Below are positions 11,854 to 22,894 of a stretch of DNA of 64,000 bases, one piece after another. Position numbers and translations under genes: made by a program. The notes below the pieces were generated by a model. The model made no database searches. It was not told where the DNA came from and worked only from the letters and a program-made list of their open reading frames with translations. The stretch's first letter is position 1, and every line of letters starts with the position of its first letter. The DNA comes from Hyaloraphidium curvatum SAG 235-1 (lineage: Eukaryota > Fungi > Monoblepharomycota), in NCBI GenBank assembly GCA_025558095.1, contig JAIVFI010000045.1, forward strand, positions 124,001 to 188,000, written 5' to 3'.

Positions 11854-12677
11854 CCCGTGCTGTCCGGAAGGGAGAGGGGCACACTGCTGCCGGGATGTCC
11901 GATGTGCGGTCCGAAGGAGGGACACGGGCCAGGTAGAGTCGAGACAAGATCCCTGTGACGTCCGATGCCCGGTCCCAAGGAGGGGAGGGCGAAGGCGGAG
12001 CCGGGAACTGACGTCAGCGACACGGGTCGACGGGGTGTTCCGGGGAGGGGGAGCGATGCGGAAGGCCCGGAACGAGCCTAGCGCGGAGGCCGGTGGGAAA
12101 GAAGGGGCGGGCGGTGGTCCATGGCGGCCCGCGGCGAGCCGGGGTGGTTGCCGAACCCGAGGCGAATGTGGTCGACGCGTTGGGGCGGGCCGCGCCGCGG
12201 CGCCGCCGGCGTGAACACCACGCCCTTCGGGGAAACGGGCAAAAGAGATCGGATGTCGTTATTCCGTCCTATCGTTCAAATGGATGACAAGCTGATGGAT
12301 CACAATTTCGGACGGCCAGGAGAGAGGAAGCTGTAGACGAAGCAGACTCCGACCTCGAGTTCGTGCCAGGCAGCGCCCAGGACAGCAGATCACGGGACGG
12401 AACGAAGAAGGCAGTACACTACATTCTCATTCTCATCATTCGATACACGCCAATCCCCTCCAAGCCCCCAACCCTTCGTCGCCCGCCCTTCGCGGGCCGG
12501 GTAGTGTCCTTTTCTGTTCGAACGGCCAGCGGCCAACGGTTTATAGATTATTTGGTGGTGGTCCTCGCGGCACAATGCCGCGGGCGATCGGATGCTCTTT
12601 ACACGTCCATGGGTTCAGAAGACAGAGACGGATGCGGGCGCCGCGTGCCCGAGACGCGCATGGGCGCGGAAGGCGGC

Positions 12678-13329
12678 TCAAGGGGAGGAGGAGATGGTGA
12701 CCTGGAGGGCAGGGGAAGGATCAGCATGCGCGGATGCGGGAAAGGGGCCGCGGGGGACCTTCTCGGTGACGGAGCTGCGGCGCTTGGGCTCGACGTCCTT
12801 GGCGTCCTTCATCACGTCGGGGTCGGCGACGTCGGACTCCCAGGTGCCCCAGTTGAACTGGCCCGAGCCGGAGCGCTTGGTCTTGGTCGAGGCGCCGTTG
12901 CTGCGGGGTGCGTGCGCGGGCGGGGCGCATCGGAGTTCGGGGCAGCGGGTGATGGGCGGTGCGAAGTGCGGTGGGCGGCAGACGGGCGGGATGGCGGCGG
13001 TCGGCGGTGCACGGCATGCGAATAAGCGATGGCGGCGCATGCGGGCGGGGCACGGGGCGGCAGGGGAAGCGGGGCATCAGACCGGAGTTTCACGTCGGGA
13101 GGGGCGGGAAGCCCCGGCGCACCCCCCGCCCCGCGCGCCCGCGCCGCGCGCACCCGGCCGCAGCGCGGGCGCTCTGAGACGCGCGCGCGGATGTGCGCGG
13201 CGGGCGGCGGCGGCGCGCGGGGCGGCGCCACGGCGGGGCGGGCGCGGGCGGTGCGCGGGGCTCCCCGCGGGCAGGCGGCACTCACCGCGCGGTGTGGCGC
13301 TCGCCCTCGGCTTTGATGGTCTTTCCCAT
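12678..13329 (-). CDS. ~69-aa Stf2/Tma10-like (KxGxGxxNWG motif) microprotein, 3 exons
   Basis: Exons 13329-13286, 12900-12759 and 12701-12678 splice in frame to MGKTIKAEGERHTARNGASTKTKRSGSGQFNWGTWESDVADPDVMKDAKDVEPKRRSSVTEKVTISSSP. Confidence 0.7.
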
Positions 13330-13660
13330 GCTGGCGGGCGCGCGCGGACGGCGATGCGGCGGGTGGTCGGGGTGTGTGAGTGGTGTGCTTTCGAGCGAGG
13401 ACCCGGTGCGCGTGACCTCGCTCCCCAACTGGTTGGGGAGCTCCTCGAAAGTTCTGGAGCCCCAGGGCGCGCACAAACACCCGGTTCGCGGCACCAGGCA
13501 CAGTCATCCGCATCAATAAACAACATCCACGTCCGAGCCGACCCTCCGATCATCCACCACGGCCCCCCTGCACCCCCGCAGTGCGCTATCTCGCCCAGGC
13601 TTTCGTCCCCACCCCCACCCCCGGGCCCCGCACCCCGATCGCCCAACGCCCCCCGCCGCA

Positions 13661-14418
13661 TCACACCTCCTGCTCCTCGGCGCACTTCTTGAACAGCGGC
13701 ACGCACTCGGCGAACGACTCCGCGGCCTCCTTCCCGATCACGGCGCGGTACAGCGACGCCAGCGGGCCCGAGACCTCGACGCCCATCCGGAAGCCGTAGG
13801 CGCCGGCGGTGGCGTTGAGGGGGGTGAAGTTCCAGTACCAGTCCTGTCCGCAAAGTCAGATGGCGACAGACGGGGAAGGGGTCGAGGGGCCCACCATCTT
13901 CGCGCCCGTGTGCTCGCTCCGGTACACGACCCGCACCGGGCCCGGAACCGGCGGGTCCGCGGCGACAAAGGTGATGTCGAACGTCCCCCTGCCGTCACGA
14001 TTGTTGTCAGCCGTCATCCCGGACGCCGCCAGATCCGCTGTCGCCCACCGTTCCTTGAGGTGCACCTTGCCCACCCTCCCCACGACAATCGGCTGCCGGA
14101 ACAACGTCAGCACATCTTCCTCTTCCAGCCGGCACGGGAACCCACCGTCTCCACCTCGGCCCTCTCCAGCCCGACGTCCCAGCGGGGCCAGCCCTCCACG
14201 TCCTGGAGCACAGCCCAGGCCTGCTCGGGCCGCCCTTTGATCTCGGTTTCGACGGATACTTCCCACCCGCCGACCGATGCCGCCGGGATCAGCACCAGCG
14301 GCAGCAGCACCGCGAGGCCGGCGAGGGCGAGGCACCACGCGCGGGAACGGGATTTCGGGGCCGCAGGAGCGGACGACGAGGGGAGGAGGGGGGCGGAGGC
14401 GGTGTCGGGGTAGGCCAT
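13661..14418 (-). CDS. SRPBCC/START-fold (polyketide cyclase-like) protein with N-terminal TM anchor, 3 exons
   Basis: TM segment, then VSVETEIKGRPEQAWAVLQDVEGWPRWD; final exon WYWNFTP...MGVEVSGPLASLY...FKKCAE. Confidence 0.7.
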
Positions 14419-15609
14419 GGCGGTTTCGGATGGGTTTCCGGGGGAATGGAGGGGGAATAAGGGGGTTCGGGAGGGAGATGTTGCGGGCTTCGGGATCTCG
14501 TCGATCCGCACCGCGGGCCCGGCGTCCCGGGCCAAGCTGGGCACGGGGCAGCAAAGAACATATTTAGGCGGCACGGCAAGGAACAAGACCGATTGAATTG
14601 ACGCACGTCGCTCCGGGATGGGTTCGCCACTTCGCCACGGCCGATGGAGTCGAGGCTTGACTGGATGCCGCCGGTGTCGACTCACCGGTCTCCGAACCGT
14701 CCCCCAAACCCCGAAACAAACCCCGCCAGCACCCACTGCGAGTCGTCCAGCGCAACCCTCTCGCCGGCACCGCTTCCCCACGGGACCGCCGATCTGGTCC
14801 CGCGCTGTTTCTCGGTCGCCGGGCGCTCTCCCAAGCCGGGCGCCCCGCCACTCGGACCGCCCACTTCGGAGACCGCATTTGCGCCCTCTTCCACCTCTTT
14901 TCTGCCGCCGGGAGCGGCCCGCTGCCGTTCCTAGCGCTCGGGCAGCGCCTCCGAGGGCAGGCCGCCCCGCTGTACCCCGCGGAGCAAAGACCGCACTGCT
15001 GCACGGAGACACCCCGGCAACTCGGACGGCACGAACGACCCCATCGGAGGACCGGGACGCCGTTGCGTGCTCGGACGCCTCCCCGACCCTCGCTGAGTGA
15101 CACGGAAAGCTCCGTGGGCTGGTGGGCATCGAGCGCAGGGCGACCCGAGGGCGGCCGGAGCTGTGCCTGCCAACGGCGAGTGCGCCTGCGGACCTTGAGC
15201 CTGCTAGGACAGCGCCTGCGAGGCAGCAGCGGGGTGCCACACTTTGGCTTCTCGGGACACAGCCTCATACGGGAAGCGTCCGGTGGCCTTCCCGGACGTT
15301 CCAGACTGCCTCACGAGCCCGGTTCACCCCACGTATCTGCCCTCGCTCCGCGCGCCCGAGCGAGCCGCGTGTCCGGCGGGAGGTCCCTCAGCGAGCCCCG
15401 CGCCAGTTGCAGCCGGTGAGTCCCGGTCCCGGCGGTGCGGGGCGCGGCGCGCGACGCGGTCCCCGTGCGGTGGCCGACGCCGCACGGAGGGTCCGCCCTC
15501 TCCGCGCCGCGCAGCGCCCCGCGCGGCACCGCGCCGCAGCGCATCGCCCGCGCAGACATCGCTGACCGCGCCGCCCGCCCGCAGCCCGCGCACCGCACCC
15601 GCAAACACG

Positions 15610-16257
15610 ATGGACGCCGACCCCGCACCGCCGCAGCGCCTCCGCCGCGCCCCTTCCTCCGCCTCGCTCGCGTCGACCGCCTCGGCCGCGACGCTGGTGT
15701 GTGCGCCCTCGGCCGAGCGCTACGCCGAGTTCCTGGACGCCTGGGAGGACACGGACGTCGTGCCCTTCTACTACGCCGCGCGGGAGGCACCCCCCGCCCC
15801 CGCGCCCCCGGCCTCCGCACCCCTCCCGATCCCGATCGGCGCCCGCCGCACCCGCTCCTCGCTCTCGGACTCGCAGCCGCAGGCCTCCTCGCCCGGCAGC
15901 GCATCGGACGGCGAGCCGCAGGGCGACAACCCCGTGCTGGCCGGCGTGCGCACCTTCTTCCGGCGCGTGTCGCGCGGGCTGCTCCAGGGAATCAGCAACT
16001 CGGCCGGCGCAGGGTACGGGTACCACTGGGCCGCCGTGTACGAGGACGGGTGGATCGCCGCGGGGCCGCCGTCGCCGCCGCGCAGGTCCGACGAGCGCGA
16101 GCGGAGGGCCGCCGAGCGCCGCGAGAGGCGCGAGGAGGAAAGGGGGAGGAGAGAGCGCGAGCGGGAGGAGAGGAGGAAGCGCAACGCCTCGAGGGAGCTT
16201 TCGGAGGACGAGGCGCGCGGCGAGCACGTCGCCGCGGTCTTTGTGCCCTGGATTTGA
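15610..16257 (+). CDS. Hypothetical low-complexity protein
   Basis: ATG in CACGATG context, coding-like codon bias, Arg/Glu-rich coil. A probable 5'UTR intron lies upstream (GTGAGT at 15416). Confidence 0.55.
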   Translation: MDADPAPPQRLRRAPSSASLASTASAATLVCAPSAERYAEFLDAWEDTDVVPFYYAAREAPPAPAPPASAPLPIPIGARRTRSSLSDSQPQASSPGSASDGEPQGDNPVLAGVRTFFRRVSRGLLQGISNSAGAGYGYHWAAVYEDGWIAAGPPSPPRRSDERERRAAERRERREEERGRREREREERRKRNASRELSEDEARGEHVAAVFVPWI

Positions 16258-17086
16258 GCCTTCACCTGCGAGTGCGATGGGCAGCTCGATCCCCTCCTAC
16301 ACCTCCCCCACCTGGATGCGATGCGCTCCACGCGGACACCTTTCCTCCTGCCATCACATCCTTCCCCATCTTGCACCCATCACCAACCCCATCACCTCAA
16401 ACTGACACTCGCTGCGACCATTGATTACCCCGACTTTGGCCTACACATAATCCGGCACGGACCGCTGCCATATGCCGCGGATCCCGGGCATCTGACTTTG
16501 CGTATACGCGCGCCGCACCTGGCGGCTGCGCCCAGTTTCTGAACACTTTTGCGCCGCGGGAACCCCGTGGGGCGTTAGGATAGCCTGCGTGGTAGCTCTA
16601 GCACTTGGGAGGATTGGAGACCGTCGATAGCTTGCTGATCGGAGGACATGTAGCTGCTGAGAGATGCACTGATTGATTCTGAGCGAGGGGAGCCCAGGAC
16701 CGACGGATCTGTTCCGGTCTGATCCGAATGTTGGGTCGTCCAGGATCATCGGTAATTCGATGTTTCGTTGGTCCGTGCTTAGAAAGCGGGCGGCTCGGTT
16801 TGGCTTTTTCCGAAAAGTGGCCATGCAGCATCCCGCGCTGGAGACACGACGGCCGATCCCGCCTCACCACCGGCCGCACACAGAGGTGGGATCCGAGCCC
16901 CGCAGCGATCCGAGGCTCCCGCTGACCTCGTTCGCCCCTCCCACGGCCGATAAGGAGTTTCTCCGTGCGGCCGATTCCAACCCATTGGAGCGGCCCAACG
17001 TCGGAAGAACTGACGAACTTCCGGTCGTCTTTCCGCGCCTTAAACTCCCCCCAACCCGGCCTACCGGCACCGCCGCACGATCTACA

Positions 17087-20000
17087 ATGCCGGCCGCCTC
17101 CGCCCCGGCGCCGCCGGGCACGCCGCCGATGGCGCTCGACGCCCCCGCGCACCCCGCGGTGCTCAACATCCAGGGCTGGCACTTTGGCCGGCACCACTCG
17201 CTCGCCGTCCCCTCGGCGCGCTCGCCCTCGCCTGACAAGCGCAGCGGCGCCGGGTCCCCGGGCGATTCGCCCACGCTGGGCCCGGCGTCGGACAGGGGCT
17301 CGCTCTCGGACGCGGGGACCGAGGCCGAGGTCGACAGGGAGCTCGCGAGGGCCGTGGTCGAGGGGTTCCTGGGCAAGAGGGTCGAGGTCGATGTGGCGGG
17401 CAAGAGGGTGGGTGGCCGACGACGATGCGGCTTCCTTGGGGCGTCGCACTGACCCCGCACCGCCGAGCAGCTCAACCCGCTGTCGCTCCCCACGATCCTG
17501 CTCTACGACAAGGTCGGGCTCGAGATCTTTGACGAGATCACCTACCTGGACGAGTACTACCTCACCAACGCCGAGATGGAGATCCTCAAGCAGCAGGGCG
17601 ACGAGATCATCAAGGCCGCCCTCGGCGGCGCCGGCGACGAGCACGGGGTGGCCATGGTAGAGCTGGGCTGCGGGTGCGTTGCTCGGCCTGCTTTTATGCG
17701 TCGATCCCGCTCACCTCTCGCATCCCTCCAGCTCGATGCGCAAGACGCGCTACCTCCTCGAGCACCTCGCCGCGCACCCCAACTCGTCGCGGTGCACCTA
17801 CTTTGCCGTGGACCTGGACCACGACACCCTCGCCGCCACCGTGTCGGAGATGGCCGCCGCCTTCCCGACCCTCAACTTCGTGGGCCTGAACGGGACCTAC
17901 GACGACGCGCTCGAGTTTGTGCGCTCGGGCGGGCTGGACGCCCCCGGCCTGGACGGGCTCCCCGCGCGCGCAGGAACCAGCGGGCCCGTGCGCAGGAAGC
18001 GGTGCCTCATGTGGTTCGGCTCCAGCATCGGCAACTTTGGGAGGGAGGACGCCGCGGGCTTCGTGAGGAAGTGGACGCAGGAGTGCCTCCAGCCCGGCGA
18101 CAAGTGGTTCGTCGGCATCGACAGGCGCAATGGTGGGTTCTTTTGGAATCGCTTGCATGCTCTTTCGCTGATTCGCATGTTCTTCGCAGACAAGGCCAAG
18201 ATCGAGCTCGCCTACAACGACCCCAAGCAGGTCACGGCGCGCTTCTGCCTCAACGGCCTGGTGCACGCGGACCGGCTGCTCCGCTCGCTGTGCCCGACGG
18301 AGGCCCCGATCGTCGACGTCAACGACTTTGCCTACTTTTCCCAGTACGACGCCGTCCGCGGCCGCCACGAGGCGTTCTTCCGGTGCGTCAAGAAGGGCGG
18401 CCTCCAGATCACGTTCCCCGCCAGCCTCATCAAGGAGCTCTGGAACGCCGACGCCCCCGAGGACCCGGTACGCACGCACACGAGCGACGACTTTGCCGGC
18501 GGGGACACGACCGTCAGCATCGCCGAGGGCGAGCTGGTGCACATCGAGTTCTCGTTCAAGTACTCGGAAGCCGAGGTCGCGCGGCTGCTGCACCACGCCG
18601 AGCTCGCCCCCGCGCACAAGTGGACGGACCCGCTGGACCAGTTCGACCTGCACGCCTTCTCCAAGCCGCCCGTGTTCTTCGACAAGGCGGCCACGCTTCC
18701 CGGCGGCTCCGTCCCCTCGCTGGCCGAGTGGGACGCCCTCTGGACGGCATGGGAGACGGTGACGGAGCGGATGATCCCCGCGGACAGGGTGCTCGAGAGG
18801 CCGATCGCGCTGAGGCACCCGTTCGTCTTCTACCTCGGGCACATCCCCGGGTTCCTCGACATCATGGTCGACAAGGCCATGAAGTGGGGGCTGATGGAGC
18901 CGGCCTACTACGCCGACATCTTCGAGCGCGGGATCGGTGAGCATTTCGCATTCGGAGTTTGGTGCTGGTCGCTCACGCTTCGCCTGAAGACCCCGACATG
19001 GACGATCCCACCAAGTGCCACCCGCACTCGCTCGTGCCGGACGTGTGGCCCCCGCGCCACGAAATCCTCGAGTACAAGGGACGGGTGCGCGCCCGCATCG
19101 AAGCGCTATGCGCCGCGCACGAGCGCGCCGTCGCCGAGGGCGTGGACGAGGTCGACGGCACGAGGATCCCCAAAGAGCTCGGCCGTGCCCTGTGGATGGC
19201 GTACGAGCACCAGGCCATGCACCTCGAGACCATCATCTGTGAGTTGGACGTTGCTTTCTTCGCATGCCTTTCTCCTGACGCCGGGCTTCTTCAGACATGC
19301 TGGTTCAGTCGCCCAACATCGCGGCGCCGATCGATATCGTGCCTGTTCCCATGCCCCGGCACAAGGAGCTCGTCGTCCCTTCTGAAGCGGCCATGGTCTC
19401 GCTCCCCGGCGGTACCTTCATGCGGGGCATCCCCTTCTCCGTCGATCCCGCAGGGAACCTGCTCGGCTGGGACAACGAGTCGCCCGCGCACGAGGTCACG
19501 GTGGCGCCCTTCAAGATGCAGGAACGGCCCGTCACCAACGTCGAGTACCTCGCCTTCCTCGACTCGGTCCTGCCCCAGGGCTGGCGCACGCAGAGCCCGC
19601 TGGACGAGCTCGTCCCCTCCTCCTGGCACGTCGCCGAGGACGGTTCGATCTCGGTCAAGACGGCGCTGGGCCGGCTGCCCATGCTCACTGCACAGCACTG
19701 GCCGCTCTTCGGCTCGTGCGCGCAGGGCGAGGCCTACGCGGCGTCCAAGGGCATGCGGCTCGCGACCGAGGACGAGATGGCCTTCGCGATCAAGACCGAG
19801 GGCAAACAGGCCGGCGAGGGCATGTGCGAGGCCAACGTGGGCTTCGCCCTCTGGCACCCGTCCGACGTCGTCTCAGTTGGACCCTCGGACGGCAAGCTCA
19901 AGCACGTCCTCGGGCACGGCTGGGAGTGGACGTCGACAACCTTTGCGCCCTTCGACGGCTTCGTCTCGGACGCCATGTATCCCGGCTACAGCTCCGACTT

Positions 20001-20136
20001 TTTCGACGGCAAGCACAACACCATCCTCGGCGGCAGCTGGGCCACCGTGCCCATGATCGCCGGCAGGGAATCCTTCAGGAATTGGTACCAGAAGACTTAT
20101 CCCTTCGTCTTCTGCAAGTTCAGATGCGCACTTTAG
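17087..20136 (+). CDS. EGT1: Ergothioneine biosynthesis protein 1 (histidine N-methyltransferase + DinB_2/FGE-sulfatase sulfoxide synthase), 6 exons
   Basis: LLYDKVGLEIFDEITYLDEYYLTNAE, ELGCGSMRKT, GSSIGNF, AYNDP, HIEFSFKY, LRHPFVFYLGH, iron motif EHQAMHLET, GWDNESP, GWEWTST, YPGYSSDFFDGKH, FRNWYQ. Introns 17408-17470, 17674-17731, 18133-18189, 18937-18989, 19239-19294. Confidence 0.93.
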
Positions 20137-20281
20137 ATCTTGTACAGTTTGAAAAATCAATCTTCTTCGATGCTCGATCTTCGGGTCATCGTCAGTCACC
20201 CTCCTTGCTCGGAACTCCGGTCCCAAACACGAGCGCTTTCTCGCCATTTCACGCGTTCTAGAGTCGGCAATTGAGCTCTAT

Positions 20282-21194
20282 ATGGCGGCCTCTCCGCTCA
20301 GCATCATCATCACGGGATCAGCCAACGGCATCGGGCGCCATCTCGCCTATACCTTCCTCTCGTCGCCTCGACGGCACTGTGTGACTGCCCTGGACCTGGA
20401 CAGCCAATCGCTCGGCCGTCTGCGCGCGATCTTTGAGCGGCAGAATCCGAAGCTGGAGGACCTCGACTCGCGGCTCCTCGTCGTCACGTGCGACGTGGGA
20501 GACGCGAAAAGCGTCGAGGACGCGGTCAACCAACACGTTGCTGCGTTCGGGGGGGTTGACGTCGTCATCAACAACGCATCTCCTGCGCCTAAGGATTTTG
20601 GCAAACCTGTCGACGGGACCGGCATGGTTTCCGTTGAAAGCTTTGAGCGGTCGCTTCGAACGGGCTTGGTCGGACCGTTCCTTCTGTCACGCTCCGCCGC
20701 CCCGTACCTGAAGAAGTCTGCAAACAAGGGGAGGATCATCAACATTACGAGCACTAGGGCACACCAGTCGGAACCTACCGGGGAAGGATGTTAGGTCCTT
20801 CGTCGTCCTCCTCCTACGCCGTTGACGCCTCCAATTGGCAGACGCGGCTGCAAAAGGTGGCCTATATTCGCTCACCCACTCCATGGCCATGTCGCTCTCA
20901 CCTCATGTCCTCGTGAATGCGATTGCGCCCGGATGGATCGATGTGAGGCACTTGAACACCGCCGCCCTCTCCGAGTCGACGTCGAAGGACGGCATCTTCG
21001 TCGACGTGGATCCCATCCCTGAGAACGAGCACCGACAGCAACCTGTTGGCCGCGTGGGCACACCTGATGACATCGCGGCTTGTGTTGTTTTTCTTGCCGA
21101 AGAGGAAAGGGGGTTTCTGCAGGGGCAGGAGATCGTCGTCGACGGCGGGATGACGAAGAGAATGATCTACGACGAAATACCGCAGCACTTGTAG
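20282..21194 (+). CDS. Short-chain dehydrogenase/reductase, 2 exons
   Basis: ITGSANGIG, NNA, INITSTRA, catalytic YAAAK formed across intron 20790-20841, VNAIAPGWI, VDGGMT. Confidence 0.9.
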
Positions 21195-21351
21195 CGAAAC
21201 TCCCCGGCACTACAGATCCGTTTTTCAATCGCAGCAAACGCCTCTATCGTGGAGATCGACGACGAGAGTCCGGAACACGCCGGGTGACCGGGTGCCGACC
21301 GCCGCCACACGGCCTTCGTACTCCGCACATCTCGCCGCGTGTACCTGGAGA

Positions 21352-22841
21352 ATGACCTCAATAGGGTCTGCATCTGCACCTCAAGCCGCTGAGGCAAAAG
21401 CGGCGCCGCCGGCGATCCCAAAGGCGCTTTCTCGGACTGCCACCGTGCTTTCTTCTTCACGGATGCGCCTCACCGTGTTCCTCAGCCGACACGGCGAATC
21501 GGAGTTCAATCTCACTGGCCGCGTTGGCGGCGATTCGGACTTGAGCGCCATGGGCCACGTTTACGCCCGGAAGCTCCCGGAAACAATGGCCAAGGTGGGC
21601 TGCCTCCCACGTCCGAGCTTCGCGTCGAAACCGCTAACCTCCCTCGTCCGGCTCAGATTCTGCCTGAATCGGTGGAAACGTTGCACATTTGGACGTCAAC
21701 GTTGCGGAGGACACATTCCACGGCGGCTCATTTTCCGGAGAACTATCCCCGGAAGAGCTGGTCCGAGCTCGACGAAATCTACGCCGGGGATTGCGACGAG
21801 TACACCTACGAGGAGATTGAAGAAAAGTGGCCCGAGGTCATGGAGGACAGGGAGCGCGACAAGTTCAACTTTCGGTGGGTCGTTCTATCTGGGAATCTCG
21901 GTCTCGCTGACGACAGTCGGCCCACAGGTATCCGAACGGGGAGTCTTACTCGGATATCACGGATCGGCTGCTCCCATTGCTCCACCATTTGCAAGATGTC
22001 CTCTCTTCACCTTCCTTCCTGTCGTCCGAGGATCGGTCTCCGCGGGAAGCGGTCCTCATTATCGGACATCAGGCCGTCCTGCGTTGTGTCCTCGCCATGC
22101 TGAAGAAGAACGTGGCAGACGACGAGGTTCCTTACGTCAAGGTTCCGTTACACACGCTGATGAGGGTGGAGTGGGGAGGAGACAAGCCCGCCCTGGAAAA
22201 GCGATGGTGTGTTCATCGATCGTTCCATGTTGGCAGGCGCTCATGTCTTCCTCATGTTCTGAAGGCGCATGGACATTCCCGGAGCCGATACCCATCGGGA
22301 AGCGCAGGCAAAACGGACTAATGCTCCGCCGGAACCCGAAGTTCCCTACTCGCCGATCTATTTGTCGAGCTTGAAGCCCGACATCGAGCTTCCACTAGCT
22401 CCTGCAAAGGCCGACTCGGCTCAGAACACACAACCGGCCGCCGTCGAGGACTCTTCGACAAGGAACGGAGGCAAAGCAGGGCCGGACGAAAGCGCGGCCA
22501 CTTCAGCAGGGCCATTGCCCATTGTTGGACACGCTGCTGTCGGGGCCTCGGTTTCGCACGCGGCTCCAACACCCATCAACACCAAGCCTCCCATATTTGC
22601 GCTTGCGTTGACCCCTCCGCCGGGCCCTTCGGCATTGGGCGGTGGGGATCAGGCGGACCTTGTTCCAACCTTGATCCGCGTGCCGTCTGTTGTCGACGTT
22701 GCGTTGGTGGCCGAGAATCTGGACTCTAAAGTCGACGACAACAACAACCCGTCGCTGCAGCTTCCCAAGGGGTTGCCAACTGGGCCCTTTGCGGATCGAA
22801 TGAACAGGGGGAAGAGCTTTTCGTACGGAGATTCCCATTGA
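21352..22841 (+). CDS. Fructose-2,6-bisphosphatase-type histidine phosphatase without a kinase domain, 4 exons
   Basis: LSRHGESEFN, GGDSDLS, WTSTLRRT, LDEIYAG, RYPNGESY, IIGHQAVLRC, PYVKVPLHTL. Introns 21595-21656, 21875-21927 and one near 22208-22264. Start is 21352 or 21463. Confidence 0.85.
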
Positions 22842-22894
22842 TCGTTGGTATAGAATTATGTAACACTTCAAGCTCTTGGCACCGTCCCATTCTC

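Noticed and set aside
13100-13280. Extremely GC-rich tract as an RNA gene
   Set aside because: It lies inside an intron and shows no tRNA, rRNA or snRNA hallmark I could identify by eye.
17087-21194. Egt1 + SDR as an ergothioneine or selenoneine cluster
   Set aside because: No Egt2-type C-S lyase, SenB or selenophosphate synthetase nearby; adjacency in a compact genome is weak evidence.
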